Positions 34,480 through 46,832 are shown, counted from the stretch's first letter. The stretch: 64,000 nt of DNA from an uncultured Acidimicrobiia bacterium (GCA_963786955.1 CAWBAT010000006.1:96001-160000), one strand, 5' to 3'. The notes: generated by a model from the sequence alone, not told the origin. Made by a program: numbers and translations.

Positions 34480-34640
34480 CGCGTGGGGTCACGCGGCCTA
34501 CAAAGTTGTAGGCCGGGTCACCGACCCGGCGTTAACGTTACCGTATTTATGAAAAGCAGTACTAAGTTGCACAAATTCGCGGTAATTGTTGTAGCCGGGG
34601 ACGTTGACCCCGGCTGGCCCCAGCGGGGCCAGCTACAACA
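34480..34640. repeat. GTAG-type REP cluster between convergent genes
   Basis: TGTAGGCCGGGTCACCGACCCGGCG; TGTAGCCGGGGACGTTGACCCCGGCT..GCTACA. Confidence 0.7.
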
Positions 34641-34660
34641 CGGACTTCTGCAAATGTGCA

Positions 34661-35557
34661 CTATGCCCGCGGATGGTGCCTCTGATAAAGACTTTTGAGG
34701 CGGTCCTTGAGAATGTGGGTGTAGATTTCTGTGGTGGAAATGTCAGCATGTCCAAGCATGGACTGAACGGCTCGAAGATCTGCTCCCTCTCTGCAGGAGA
34801 TGAGTCGCGAATGAATGCCGCAAAAGATGAGGGCGTAGCTGAATCGAAATTTGCGCCTTCCTTCCGTACTCTCGAATGATTTTCCAAAACCCTTGACGTG
34901 TCATGGCAATACCTCGCGTATTCAGGAATAGGTCTTCGGCCCTCTTTCGCTTTTCCAGCGCTGGGCGGCTAATTTTCAAATATTCCCCAAAGCACGAAGT
35001 GCGGACTTGCCCAACGGAACCACTCGAATTTTCCCTCCTTTCCCCGAACAAGTGATATATCCCAGATCGGACCGAATATCTTGGAGGCTGAGCTGAGTCA
35101 GCTCTGAAACTCGTACACCGGTGGCATACATAACCTCAAGCATTGCTTTATCTCTTATGCCTTTATTTGTTGATAAATCAGGTTGTTTAAGCAATTTATC
35201 AACTTCCTCCAGGGAAAGGATTTTCGGCAGCGGTTTCCATGCCTTAGGCGACTCGATAAACTGACATGGATTTTCCGACATCCGGCCCTCGAATACAAGA
35301 AAATCGAAAATCTGCCGCAGCGAGACAAGAACCCGTGCCATGGATCTCGGATTGTGTCCGATTTTCTTGCAGAGTTTTAAGATACTGTCGGACGATTTGC
35401 GGATTGCTGGATCGGATCGGCTTTCCGCCTTCACGGTGTCCAGGAAGAGACGGAACTTTTCAATGTCTCCGGTATAGGCCGAGATTGTGTTCTGAGAAAG
35501 TCCTCTTTCTACAGTAATATGTGTAATAAAACCTGAGATATCACTTTCATTGCTCAT
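34661..35557 (-). CDS. xerD: Tyrosine recombinase XerD (frameshifted)
   Basis: [73 protein letters not shown]. Confidence 0.92.
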
Positions 35558-35679
35558 CGAGTTTTCCGCTTCAATGGTTGTCGAAAGTATGGAATGATCC
35601 CTTGACACCCGTTAGTCCTTCTTATAGCATCTTTTGCTTCTCCGACGCGATTCTTTTGAACTTGTCAACTTCGGAACGT

Positions 35680-36704
35680 ATGCGCCTCTCTGAGATTGCG
35701 GAACGGATCAATTGCAGCCTAGATGGAGACGGTTCTATCGAGATTGATGGCGTCGCGACCGTGGAGGAAGCCGTTGCTGGCAAGTTGACGTTCCTGTCGA
35801 ATACAAAATATCTGGGGAAATTGAAGCACACCAAAGCATCGGCTGTCATTGTTTCAAACGATTTCCCCTCTTCGTTAATCAGCAAACTTCGGACGGACAA
35901 TCCCTATTTGGCATTTGCACGCAGCATCGATTTATTTTTTTCCCCTCCCCTCCCGCGTCCTGGAATTCACGCAACCGCCGTCATTTCGAAGTCGGCCCGC
36001 ATTGGGAGGAATTCCCGTATTGGCCCGTACTGTTTCATCGATGAGGACGTTGTCATCGGCGACCATGCCGTGCTCCACTCGCATGTGGTCATCTATCGTG
36101 GGGTCGAGATCGGAAATTATTTTCACTGTCATTCCCACGTCAATATCCGGGAATTTACTCAGGATTGGACATCGGGTGATCCTTCAGAATGGTGTGACGC
36201 TCGGAGCTGACGGGTTTGGATTTGCGAAACGTGACGACCAAAGCTACGAGAAGATTACGCAATCGGGACACGTCGTCATTGGAGATGACGTTGAAGTACA
36301 GGCCGGTGCGACGGTGGACCGAGCGGCCATAGGAGAAACCCGGATTGAAAAAGGGGTTAAGATTGATAATCTCGTTCAGGTCGGCCATGGCTCAAAAGTC
36401 GGCGAAAACACACTCCTGTGCTCCCAAGTCGGACTGGCGGGAAGCACCAATCGTGGGCAAAAATGTCATTCTGACAGGTCAGGTCGGCGTTGCAGGTCAT
36501 TGCGAGATTGGGGACAATGTGATCGCGACGGCGCAATCAGGAATTCCTTCTGATGTTCCTGCCGGAATGATGGTTTCAGGGTATCCCGCCATTGAGAACA
36601 AAAATTGGCTCAAGAGTTCCGTAATCTTTGCCAAGCTCCCCGAACTCCACAAAACCATTTTGAGGATTCAGAAAGACCTCGCCGAGCTAAAGAAAAGGGA
36701 CTGA
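35680..36704 (+). CDS. lpxD: UDP-3-O-(3-hydroxyacyl)glucosamine N-acyltransferase (frameshifted)
   Basis: NPYLAFA, hexapeptide repeats, [22 protein letters not shown]. Confidence 0.95.
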
Positions 36705-36723
36705 CGGTTTCCCTTCAATCCGA

Positions 36724-38308
36724 ATGCCACATGCCTCCCACCACATCGCTAAATCCGCCAGCCTGATTAGTGTGGCTACTTTGGTGAGCCGTCTCCTAGG
36801 CTTGGTCCGGGAGCAACTCATTGCTTACCTGTTTTCGCGAACCGCTACTGACGCTTTCTATGTAGCCTTTCGCATCCCGAATCTTCTGCGGGATCTCTTT
36901 GCCGAAGGGGCCATGAGTTCCGCTTTTGTCCCGACGTTCACCGAGTACATCAAGAAACGTACGCTGAAAGAAGCCTGGCAGTTGGCTTCCAATGTCCTGA
37001 CCTTGCTGTTGATTGCGCTCAGTATCCTCTGCGCCGTTGGGATTTTTTTTTCCAATGGAATCATCGGCAAGTTTGCGGGAGAGTATCGTGCGGTCCCGGA
37101 GAAGTTTGGCATGACAGTGGCCATGACAGAGATCATGTTCCCTTTCCTACCAATCATTGCGTTGTCCGCCGTGGTCATGGGGATCCTCAACTCCAGAGGA
37201 ACTTTTTTCCTGGCCTGCTTTGGCTCCGGCACTCTTCAACGTCGGATCGATCCTTGTCGCTCTCGCGCTTTACGGCTGGCTCAAGAGCCAAGGGATCAAT
37301 CCCGTTTATGGCATGGCCATCGGGACACTGGTCGGGGGGTTGCTCCAATTCGGCGTCCAGATTCCTCCCTTGTTGCGCTCCGGTTTTCGCTATACTTTTG
37401 AAATAAACCTTCGGCATCCCGGAGTTCAGCGAATCTTGTTGCTTCTGGGACCCGGAACCATTGGCCTGGCATCTACCCAAGTCAACATCCTAGTGAACAC
37501 ATGGCTTGCCACCAGCCAGGGAGAAGGTCCGGTCTCCTGGTTGAACTATGCCTTCCGCCTCATGCAGTTTCCTCTTGGGATCTTCGGAGTCGCCATCGCG
37601 ACGGCCGCCTTGCCTACGATCTCGGCCCACGTTGCCAATCGAGATCATCAAAGTCTCGGGAAAGCGATTTCCGATGCCCTGCGAATGGTGCTCCTGATTA
37701 ACATCCCAGCCAGTGTCGGACTCATGGTTTTGAGCCGTCCAATCATCGCGCTGATTTATCAGCACGGAAGATTTAAAGCTTCCGATACCATTGAGACATC
37801 CAACGCATTGATATTCTATTCCATTGGTCTATTTGCCTATTCCGCAATCAAGGTTCTTGTTCCGGCTTTTTACGCTTTGGGTCGCTCGCATGTCCCTGTC
37901 ATCATCAGCGCTGTGACGGTTGCATTTAATATCGCCTGCAATCTGGCACTCATCGGGCCTTTGGGATTCCGGGGCTTGGCGCTTGGAACTTCCATCGCCT
38001 CTATTCTCAATTTGGTTCTACTACTTTGTTGGATAAGAAAGGATTCTGTTCCATTGGATTATCGGGCAAATCTTAAAGTGATGATTAAGATCTTGATGGC
38101 GTCGGGATTGATGGGGCTCGCTTGCTTGGCGAGTTACTCCTGGATGGAGTCCATCACGGCGTCGGTCGGCACCTGGAACCTTGGTTTGTCTCTTGCCGTT
38201 TCGATTGGATTGGGCCTCGTGACCCTATTTGTTACGTCCAAGGCCCTTCAGATTCGCGAACTGGATTCTGCCATTCAGTTGGTGATGAAGAAACTGCGGC
38301 CGCGTTGA
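36724..38308 (+). CDS. murJ: Lipid II flippase MurJ (frameshift near 37205)
   Basis: SRLLGLVRE, AFRIPNLLRDLFAEGA, YAFRLMQFPLG. Confidence 0.95.
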
Positions 38309-38358
38309 GTTGAAGCGGATGTCGTCACAACGACATCCCGCGATCCCCCATTGCGAGG

Positions 38359-38514
38359 GAAGGTGTGAAGAAATTCAATTCCGGTTCCCCTCCTTGCTAA
38401 GGAGGGGGCCAGGGGGTGGTCGTAAGTCCTCATTCACAAACCCCCTGTAGTCCCCTTTAACCAAGGGGGACACTCGCAGAGCGACACCGAAACCAATCCT
38501 TATCACACCTCTTC
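38359..38514. mobile_element. MITE family A ends with different internal cargo
   Basis: GAAGGTGTGAA..TCACACCTCTTC with AGG on both flanks; interior is a CCCCTCC-family palindrome pair. Confidence 0.65.
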
Positions 38515-38521
38515 AGGGTGA

Positions 38522-38728
38522 TCATAAATACCCACCGCCAACGAATTGGACTATTTCAATCCGATCGCCTTGTTTCAGCGTGGACGTGGCCCATTGTTCT
38601 CTTTTGATGATCTGCAGATTGAGTTCGACAGCCAAACGGTCCGCGGCGAATCCCAACTGCTGGACAAGATCCAGGACGCTCAGCCCTTCGGTGAGATTTC
38701 GGTTTTCACCGTTCAAGATAATTTCCAT
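38522..38728 (-). CDS. thiS: Sulfur carrier protein ThiS
   Basis: ILNGE, AVELN, GDRIEIVQFVGGG. Confidence 0.88.
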   Translation of the reverse strand: MEIILNGENRNLTEGLSVLDLVQQLGFAADRLAVELNLQIIKREQWATSTLKQGDRIEIVQFVGGGYL

Positions 38729-38746
38729 GTCTCCACTTTCTTGTCC

Positions 38747-39571
38747 CTAACGTCGTTTGATCAGGTACTTAATTTCGTCGCCACCAGCGGAAGTGGTTGC
38801 CTGAAGGATCAGAGCAGCGCTTCCAGCAGAGAAAGTGGGGAGACTAAATGTCATGCGGAGATTGCCCGTCTTGTCGGTCTTTCCGGCATAGAGGCGGGGT
38901 GTGAAGGTTGTCCCAATCACTTTGACCAAGACCTGAACATTCTCTAAGCGCGCCTTCTCAAGACGAGTCTGCACAAACAAATCCAGTTCCACCTGATTCC
39001 CGGCCTTGAATTCCTTGGATCCTGTGACGACGATTTCGATCCCACTCGCCTCAGTAACCATGAAGGCTGGAGTCACGTCTAGGTCTGAAGGAAGAAAGCC
39101 CGCTTTCGATGGACCTTCTGCGATGTTATAGGCAGTAGACCCTGGCCGTTCGCCCCGGACATCCTGGCTCAACCGCTGCGAATCTGGACTCGACAGCGCA
39201 GACTTCTCAGGCCCGCTTTCAGGTTGAACAACCGGATGACCCGCGTCGTTAGCGGAGATTGTCGGAGGCTGGAAGTTAAAAACAAAGTCCCCGTCAACAT
39301 AGTCTTCCAGCCGCATCCCTTTCTGGTATTTTCCTTTCCGTATGGATCCGACAATCTGTCGATGCTGGGATTCCAGGATTCGCTGGAGGAGGACTTCCTT
39401 GAAATCAGCTGAATTGAGAAACGTCGCGTAATAGGTCCGATACGAATCCAGGATGGCGCCCTTCACGTAGATCAACGATTCAATCAACGGATTCGCGGTA
39501 CCCTTATCTTCTGTCTGCACATGGTAGACGGTGTCGGCAACTTTGACGTCAGTATTGAACCCAGTGATCAT
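38747..39571 (-). CDS. Hypothetical protein (N-terminal YHVQTED domain, linker, beta-rich C-terminal domain)
   Basis: 274 aa ORF, MITGFNTDV..YHVQTEDKG..PLIESLIY; same strand and just upstream of thiS. Confidence 0.75.
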   Translation of the reverse strand: MITGFNTDVKVADTVYHVQTEDKGTANPLIESLIYVKGAILDSYRTYYATFLNSADFKEVLLQRILESQHRQIVGSIRKGKYQKGMRLEDYVDGDFVFNFQPPTISANDAGHPVVQPESGPEKSALSSPDSQRLSQDVRGERPGSTAYNIAEGPSKAGFLPSDLDVTPAFMVTEASGIEIVVTGSKEFKAGNQVELDLFVQTRLEKARLENVQVLVKVIGTTFTPRLYAGKTDKTGNLRMTFSLPTFSAGSAALILQATTSAGGDEIKYLIKRR

Positions 39572-39691
39572 CTTAGCGACTGCGTTCCCCTCAACGGCTC
39601 AGATTGGTGAAACAAGAAAGGCTATACCCGCTCGGCAGGATAATAATCGTGATCCTAGTTCGGATACTCTTTCCCAATCAACAAAATAATC

Positions 39692-39720
39692 TTGACAAAC
39701 AACGGGTAGCCCGTTATTTT
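39692..39720 (+). promoter_or_regulatory. Putative sigma70 promoter for the nuo cluster
   Basis: TTGACA-N17-TATTTT, about 270 bp upstream of nuoE. Confidence 0.5.
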
Positions 39721-39990
39721 TAGCGAGATTTTAGAAACGTTATGTGTTTGAAAACTATGCGCTTCTACTCCTTCTGAAAGAACAGCACAAAGCCGGTCCA
39801 TTATCACTCTTCGTCGGAGTAAAACTCAACTTTAAGATCTTTAAGTAGTCCCGACTTCCACGCATTTTATCATGGGAAAATGGTTTTCCCCTATGCCCTT
39901 AAATTGATAGAAGGCAGCCGATCATAACTCAACCCTCCGGATGGACTTTTCTCCTTTTCAAATACGTTGTTTTGCGAACACCTGTCGAGC

Positions 39991-40468
39991 ATGAAGATTC
40001 CTGACAGCCTTCTAGCCCAGTTTCAATCTATACTCCAGAAATATCCTTTGCGAAGATCGGCGCTCATTCCTATCCTCCTGACAACCCAGGAGGAATTGGG
40101 TTACATTCCAGTAGAGATGATTCACGATCTTGCCCGGTTTGTAGACGTTCCAGAGATTGATGTTCATGAGGTGATTACCTTTTACAGTATGCTGCGAACC
40201 CACCCCGTGGGAAAGCATCACATCCAGGTCTGCACGAATATCTCCTGCATGCTATTGGGTGGCGAAGAGATTTTTTCCGCGCCTTTCCGAAAAGCTTGGG
40301 ATATCGGAAGGAGAATTGACCGAAGACGGTCGATTCTCATTAACAGAAGTCGAATGCTTGGGGGCGTGCTGCAATGCACCGGCCATGCAGGTCAATTACA
40401 AATACCACGAAGATCTAACGCTTGAAAAAGTCGAACGTATTTTGAATGAGTTGAAAAACGAATCTTAA
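39991..40468 (+). CDS. nuoE: NADH-quinone oxidoreductase subunit E (frameshift near 40275)
   Basis: RSALIPIL, TFYSM, VCTNISCML, VECLGACCNAPAMQVN. Confidence 0.93.
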
Positions 40469-40522
40469 GTCGTAGAGGGAAACGGCTTCTTTCCCGGACA
40501 TTTTTTCTTTTAATTCACGAAA

Positions 40523-41029
40523 ATGGAAACACTGATTTTCATCATTCTTGCGGTAATCGCGACGGCAAGTGCCATGAACATTCTGGTGCAAAGACACCCC
40601 ATTTATAGCGCCCTTTCTCTGATACTCACGTTTATAGCCCTGGCTGGCATCTACATTCAGATGCACGCCGAATTTATTGCCGTCATGCAAATCGTGGTTT
40701 ATACCGGTGCGATCATGGTGTTGTTCGTGTTTGTGATCATGCTGCTCAACGTCCGTGAAGAGCCTGTCTCCAACCCATCACTCCACCTGATCAATTACTT
40801 TGGTTTACCCTTATCGATTCTATTGATGTTTCAAGTTTCTTTTATCTTGTTTAAGGCTTTTTCCGGATACGGGATTTCTCTTTCCCCCTCCGCACTCAAC
40901 ATGGCCGGGAACACCGCGGCCATCGGCAAGGAACTTTATACTCGTTATGTTCTTCCTTTTGAAGTGACCTCGATTCTACTCTTGGTGGCAATCATCGGGG
41001 CGATTGTCATGGCCAAAAAGGAGATTTAA
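40523..41029 (+). CDS. nuoJ: NADH-quinone oxidoreductase subunit J
   Basis: AEFIAVMQIVVYTGAIMVLFVFVIML, LPFEVTSILLLVAIIGA. Confidence 0.95.
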   Translation: METLIFIILAVIATASAMNILVQRHPIYSALSLILTFIALAGIYIQMHAEFIAVMQIVVYTGAIMVLFVFVIMLLNVREEPVSNPSLHLINYFGLPLSILLMFQVSFILFKAFSGYGISLSPSALNMAGNTAAIGKELYTRYVLPFEVTSILLLVAIIGAIVMAKKEI

Positions 41030-41035
41030 TCGGAA

Positions 41036-41339
41036 ATGATTTCCCTGACCTACTATTTGATTCTGAGTGGCGTTCTCTTCTGCGATCGGCGTCTTTGGCT
41101 TTCTGCTCAAGAGAAATATCATCACGATTTTCATGTGTGTTGAGCTGATGTTCAATGCCGTGAATTTAACATTTGTTGCTTTTGCGCGGTTTTACGGCGA
41201 CCTGGCCGGACAGGTATTCGTCTTTTTTGTCATGGCGGTTGCTGCCGCTGAAGCCGCTGTAGGCTTAGGAATTATTATCGCGCTTTTCCGCAATCGGCAG
41301 TCCTTGAATATTGACAGTGCCCGTCTGATGCACTGGTGA
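41036..41339 (+). CDS. nuoK: NADH-quinone oxidoreductase subunit K (frameshift near 5' end)
   Basis: [23 protein letters not shown]. Confidence 0.95.
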
Positions 41340-41565
41340 CTTAATGGGTACCCTGAGGACGATTCGTATTTTGATGGATCGATAGGCTGAGATATTTTAC
41401 TGGGTGGCGACGTGAGGCGGGGGCTTTACGGAAACCCGAAAACGGCAACAGTGTAGGCATGGGCTATTAGCGGCGGTTCATTCCCACCGCGCGTGTCGGT
41501 TAGCGCATTCATGAAACGCAGAACTTAGTCATTTTCTTTTTTTTCGGATAATTAGAAAGTCATTC

Positions 41566-43512
41566 ATGTCTCTCTCAGATCGATTATTACTCGTTGCTTT
41601 GTTGCCTCTTTTCGGATGCTGTCGCTGAACGGTTTTTTTGGAAATAAACTTCGCAACTCTTCTGTCCGCTTCATCGCCTGTTCGTCCACCGGCCTTTCAT
41701 TCTTTCTTGCGTTACCGCCTTCTGGACTCTCCTTCAGACACCTCATGAATCGGTTTCCAATTTGAATTTCAATTATTTCCACTGGATTCAAGCAGGCGGA
41801 TTCAATGCAAATTTTGGTTTCATGTTTGACCCGCTCTCGGCCGTCATGGTCCTGGTTGTCACCGGAGTAGGGTTCCTCATCCATATTTATTCCGCCGGTT
41901 ACATGGCCCATGAAGAAGGTTATTACCGCTTCTTCACCTATCTGAACCTGTTCATGTTTTCCATGTTGACCTTGGTTCTCGCCAATAACTTTTTGTTGAT
42001 GTTTGTGGGCTGGGAAGGAGTAGGACTTTGCTCTTATCTATTGATCGGGTTTTGGTACCTCAAGAAGAGCGCTTGCGATGCCGGGAAGAAAGCTTTCATC
42101 GTCAATCGCATCGGTGACTTCGGATTCATCCTGGGCATCTTTTTGACATTTTGGACGTTTAAGAGTGTCGATTTTCAGCAAGTCTTTGCTCTCGCTCCGC
42201 AGCAAAGCCATGAAGCCTTCGGTGAAGTAGGCATCCTCTCAACCATCTGCATCCTGTTGTTTATTGGAGCGATGGGCAAGTCCGCCCAGGTCCCGCTCTA
42301 CGTCTGGTTGCCGGATGCCATGGAAGGTCCGACCCCGGTCAGTGCCTTGATTCATGCGGCGACGATGGTGACGGCGGGAGTCTACATGGTGGCCCGTTGC
42401 AACGCCTTGTTTGGGCTGGCTCCGACGGCCATGGAACTGGTCGCGGTGGTGGGGGCGTTGACGGCCATCTTTGCGGCCTCGATCGGGCTGGTGCAAAACG
42501 ACATCAAGAAGGTGCTGGCCTATTCAACGGTGAGTCAGTTGGGCTACATGTTTCTGGGTTGCGGGGTGGGAGCCTTCGGGGCGGGCATTTTTCATTTGAT
42601 GACCCACGCCTTTTTCAAGGCACTGCTGTTTTTGGGAGCGGGCAGCGTGATTCATGCCATGGGAGGCGAACAGGACATTCGGAAGATGGGCGGGATTGAA
42701 AGAGCAAGATCCGGACAACCTGGTGGACGATGCTGGTGGGGACGGTGGCGATAGCAGGATTTCCGCCACTGGCGGGATTTTTCAGTAAAGATGAGATCTT
42801 GTGGCGGACGTTTTCCAGCGGACACCGGCTGTTGTGGCTGGTGGCGGCAGTGTCGGCCGGGATGACGTCGTTTTACATGTTTCGGATGCTGATTTTGACG
42901 TTCTACGGGAAGCCGCGGATGTCGCCTGAGGTGGAGCATCATGTGCACGAATCGCCGGGGAGCATGACGGGACCGCTACAGATTCTGGCGATCGGATCGA
43001 TTGTGGCCGGCTGGCTGGGGATTCCGCCGCTGATCGGGCATTACCTGGGAGACGTGCCGCATGTTTTGGAGCGGTTTATGGAGCCGGTGTTTGCACCGTC
43101 ATTAGGGGAAGAGGTGCTGCATGGGAGCGAGGCGATGGAGTGGGGGATGACGGGGGTAGCGTTGGGAATAGCCGTCGTGGGATTCCTTCTGGCCCGTGCC
43201 TTCTATGTCGAGAATCCGGAGTTGCCGGAACGGCTCATGGCCCGCTATCGCGGACTCTATCTTACCCTGCTCAATAAGTATTGGGTCGATGAGATCTATG
43301 ATGCGTTGATTGTAAACCCGATCCAATGGATTTCCACAAACCTGTTGTGGCATTTTGTGGATGTCAAAGTCATCGACGGAACAGTCAATGGGACCGGCGA
43401 ATTGGTGCGAGGCAGCGGTTCGCCCTCAGAAGACTCCAGTCAGGATACATCCGATCCTATGCGTCTGGATCTTGCTGGGCGCTGTGTTGTTGTAGCATTG
43501 TTATCTTTCTAA
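41566..43512 (+). CDS. nuoL: NADH-quinone oxidoreductase subunit L (frameshifted)
   Basis: [65 protein letters not shown]. Confidence 0.95.
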
Positions 43513-43545
43513 AATCGAAACCTTCAGAATCAAGGGACCCTTTTC

Positions 43546-45054
43546 TTGAAACCGCTCTTGCTTACCGTCATCACTTTTTTCCCCATTCTGGGAGTACTAT
43601 TTCTCCTCCTGACTCCAAAGGAGATGAAAAGAGCAATCCGGAACGTGGCCCTCGCGTTCTCTACTCTGACATTTCTTCTTTCATTGATCTTGGTTCTTCA
43701 ATTTGATCGGTCCACCGCGCGAATGCAGTTTGAGCTGGCTGTTCCTTGGATCCAAAGCTTTGGAATCCACTATCATGTCGGGATTGATGGCATTAGCCTG
43801 CTGCTCATTTTGCTGACAACATTTTTGACTCCGTTGGCCATTCTGAGCTCATGGCAATCCATTCAGTCGGAGGTAAAAGAATATTTCATTTTGATGCTGG
43901 TGTTGGAAACAGGAATGATCGGCACCTTCGTCGCCCTGGATTTCTTCCTATTCTACGTTTTTTGGGAAATCATGCTGGTTCCCATGTACTTTTTAATCGG
44001 GGTGTGGGGCGGAGAGCGCAGAATTTATGCTGCCATCAAATTCTTTCTGTATACCATGGTGGGTTCTGTTCTCATGCTGGTGGCTATCATCAGTCTTTAC
44101 CTGATGAACGGATCGACGAGCTTTGACTTTCTCGAAATTCTCCGAAACATTCAAAATGGACAGATTGTCTTAAAACCCCCTCAACAACACTGGCTTTTCC
44201 TGGCTTTTTTCTTCGCCTTTGCGATTAAGGTTCCCTTGTTTCCTTTTCATACCTGGCTGCCCGACGCACACGTTGAAGCGCCAACGGCCGGGTCTGTCAT
44301 TCTGGCTGGCGTGTTGCTGAAAATGGGGACTTATGGGATTGTACGGTTCTGCCTCCCGCTTTTTCCTGAATCCGCAGTGACCTTTGCCCCATACATATCC
44401 GTCCTGGCCATTATTGGAATCATTTATGGAGCCCTGGTCGCCATGGTTCAGCCAGACGTCAAAAAACTCGTGGCTTACTCCTCGGTGAGTCACTTGGGCT
44501 TTGTCGTATTAGGGATCTTCGCTTTCAACATACAGGGACTAGAAGGCGCCATGATTCAGATGGTGAACCACGGGATCTCGACAGGCGGGCTTTTCCTTAT
44601 GGTGGGGATGATTTATGACCGTCGCCATACCCGTCAAATCGGTGAGTTTGGCGGTTTGGCAACCTCAATGCCGGTTTTCTCAACCTTCTTCATGCTCATC
44701 ACACTCTCATCCATCGGACTGCCGATGATGAATGGGTTTGTCGGCGAATTTTTGGTGCTGCTGGGAGCTTTCAAGGCAAATTTCACCTTCGCGGCCTTGG
44801 CAGCCACTGGCATTATCCTATCCGCGGTCTACATGCTATGGATGTACCAGCGGGTTGTTTTCGGCCCAATCATCAATCTGAAGAACCTCGCCCTGGCAGA
44901 TCTTAGCTTTCGCGAAAAATTTATTCTGGTGCCGATCATTGTGATGATCTTTTGGATCGGCATTGGTTCCGGTTCCTTCTTGAGGACTATGGATTACTCT
45001 GTCAACCAAATCCTGCAGCCGTTTCAGGCTCAGTCACTTTTCGTGCATAAGTAA
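43546..45054 (+). CDS. nuoM: NADH-quinone oxidoreductase subunit M
   Basis: [46 protein letters not shown]. Confidence 0.96.
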   Translation: MKPLLLTVITFFPILGVLFLLLTPKEMKRAIRNVALAFSTLTFLLSLILVLQFDRSTARMQFELAVPWIQSFGIHYHVGIDGISLLLILLTTFLTPLAILSSWQSIQSEVKEYFILMLVLETGMIGTFVALDFFLFYVFWEIMLVPMYFLIGVWGGERRIYAAIKFFLYTMVGSVLMLVAIISLYLMNGSTSFDFLEILRNIQNGQIVLKPPQQHWLFLAFFFAFAIKVPLFPFHTWLPDAHVEAPTAGSVILAGVLLKMGTYGIVRFCLPLFPESAVTFAPYISVLAIIGIIYGALVAMVQPDVKKLVAYSSVSHLGFVVLGIFAFNIQGLEGAMIQMVNHGISTGGLFLMVGMIYDRRHTRQIGEFGGLATSMPVFSTFFMLITLSSIGLPMMNGFVGEFLVLLGAFKANFTFAALAATGIILSAVYMLWMYQRVVFGPIINLKNLALADLSFREKFILVPIIVMIFWIGIGSGSFLRTMDYSVNQILQPFQAQSLFVHK

Positions 45055-45086
45055 GCGATTTATTTCGGAGCAGGTCGGACTCATTC

Positions 45087-46541
45087 ATGCAAGATAGTTC
45101 ACTTTTTGAAATTCAACATATCCTTCCTGAAATCGTCCTCTCCTTGTTTGGCATCGCGGTGATCCTCGTCGACACCTTCTTGTCGAAAGCCCATCGAGAT
45201 AGGACTGGCGTCCTCGCCCTGGTTGGAATACTCGTCACCGCGCTCTCAACGCTTTTCCTGGTCAACGAAGAGGGCAGTTATATCTTCGGGATGACCACCG
45301 TCGATGACTTTGGTCTCTACTTTCGTTTCACGTTTTTGATCATTGGGGCACTGACCATTCTGGCTTCGATGAGCTACCTCCAAAGAGAACAGTTGGTGAC
45401 TGGCGAGTACTACGCCCTGATTCTTTTTGCCATTGTCGGCATGAATCTCATGGCGACATCCAATGAACTCATCATGATTTTCCTTGGGTTGGAAACTCTT
45501 TCGATTTCGACCTATATCTTGCTTGGAGTCATGCGAACCGATTTAAGATCGAATGAATCTGCCTTGAAGTATTTTCTGTTGGGATCCTTTTCCTCGGCAT
45601 TTCTGCTGTATGGAATTGCCTTGGTTTATGGCATAACCCGGACGACCAACCTGGAACTCATCGGGCGGGAAATTGCCCGCGGCAACGTGAGCGCGCCCGT
45701 ACTGTATCTCTCTGCAGCCTTGATGTTGGTGGGATTTGGCTTCAAGATTGCGGTTGCACCTTTTCACATCTGGGCTCCGGACGTGTATGAAGGAGCTCCG
45801 ACACCGATTTCTGCCTTTATGTCGGTAGGCCCTAAAGCTGCCGGATTTGCGATGTTATTTCGCGTGTTTTTCGAGGCCTTCCCTGCCCTTGCCAACAAAT
45901 GGCTTGTCGCAGCCTGGATATTTTCCGCGCTGACGATGTGCGTTGGGAATTTTGCCGCGATCGTCCAGAGCAATATTAAGCGGATTCTGGCCTACTCCTC
46001 GATAGCCCATGCGGGTTATATTCTGGTGGCTTTTGTTTCGGGTAGTGCAGGAAGGAGAAGCGGCCGCCTTATTTTACCTGCTGGCATATGCACTGATGAA
46101 TATCGGGGCTTTTGCCCTCGTGACAATTGTCAGTGGCGAGGGTGACAAACGAGTCCAGTATCGAAGATTTTGCCGGGATCGGGACCTCCCATCCCATCTT
46201 GGCCGCCAGCATGTCGATTTTTCTTCTGTCATTGGCCGGAATTCCCCTCACCGCTGGTTTTACTGGAAAATTTTTCATCTTTCGCGCTTCTTTAGGATCG
46301 CATCTTGATCTGGTTGACGATCATCGGTGTCCTCAATAGCGCGATTTCCGTTTACTATTACCTGCGCGTCATCGTCAGCATGTACATGAAAGAGCCCGCA
46401 GAGAATGCCCCATTGATTCTGGTTTCACCAACCCTAAAATCGGTCCTGCTGATTTCCGTGACTCGGGGTGTTGTTTTTAGGGATCTTTCCCGAACTGGAT
46501 CAATCAACCTGGCTAGAAATTCGATCCTGAATCTTCGATGA
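45087..46541 (+). CDS. nuoN: NADH-quinone oxidoreductase subunit N (frameshifts in 3' third)
   Basis: ESALKYFLLGS, PFHIWAPDVYEGAPTP, KRILAYSSIAHAGY, SLAGIPLTAGF, SVYYYLRV. Confidence 0.95.
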
Positions 46542-46664
46542 ACTTCCGATCTGCCCCTGGCGATCGAGGTTCGGCCGGGTATAACACCCTGGCGATTTCA
46601 TTCCAGGTATTGCAGAACATCGATATTTCAAACTGAAACTTAGGTGCCTCTCATTGAGTTCGCG

Positions 46665-46832
46665 GTAATGCGTTAGTTACGGGGGGAAATCTGTACGGGC
46701 AAGGCATTCGGTGACGATTTGAAATTGTCGCTTCTGTAGCGGCTGAGTGGGTAGGGACGGACCGCCGGGCCGTCCGCGGCGCGCTCGGCGAGCGCGCCCT
46801 ACCAGAAATTCCCCCGATAACTAACGCATAAC
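46665..46832. mobile_element. MITE family B, second copy (168 bp)
   Basis: A few substitutions vs 22288..22455; flanks AGTTCGCG / AGTTTACG (6 of 8 match, decayed TSD). Confidence 0.9.

Noticed and set aside
34661-35557. xerD as a phage or island integrase or integron integrase
   Set aside because: XerD-specific motifs (MTRQGFW, HHPRA), core neighbours, no IntI insertion
1-46541. Frameshifts in ribF, ppdK, glyQ, xerD, lpxD, murJ, nuoE/K/L/N and others as genome decay or programmed recoding
   Set aside because: They hit essential genes, often at homopolymers, with well-conserved protein on both sides; typical long-read indel errors
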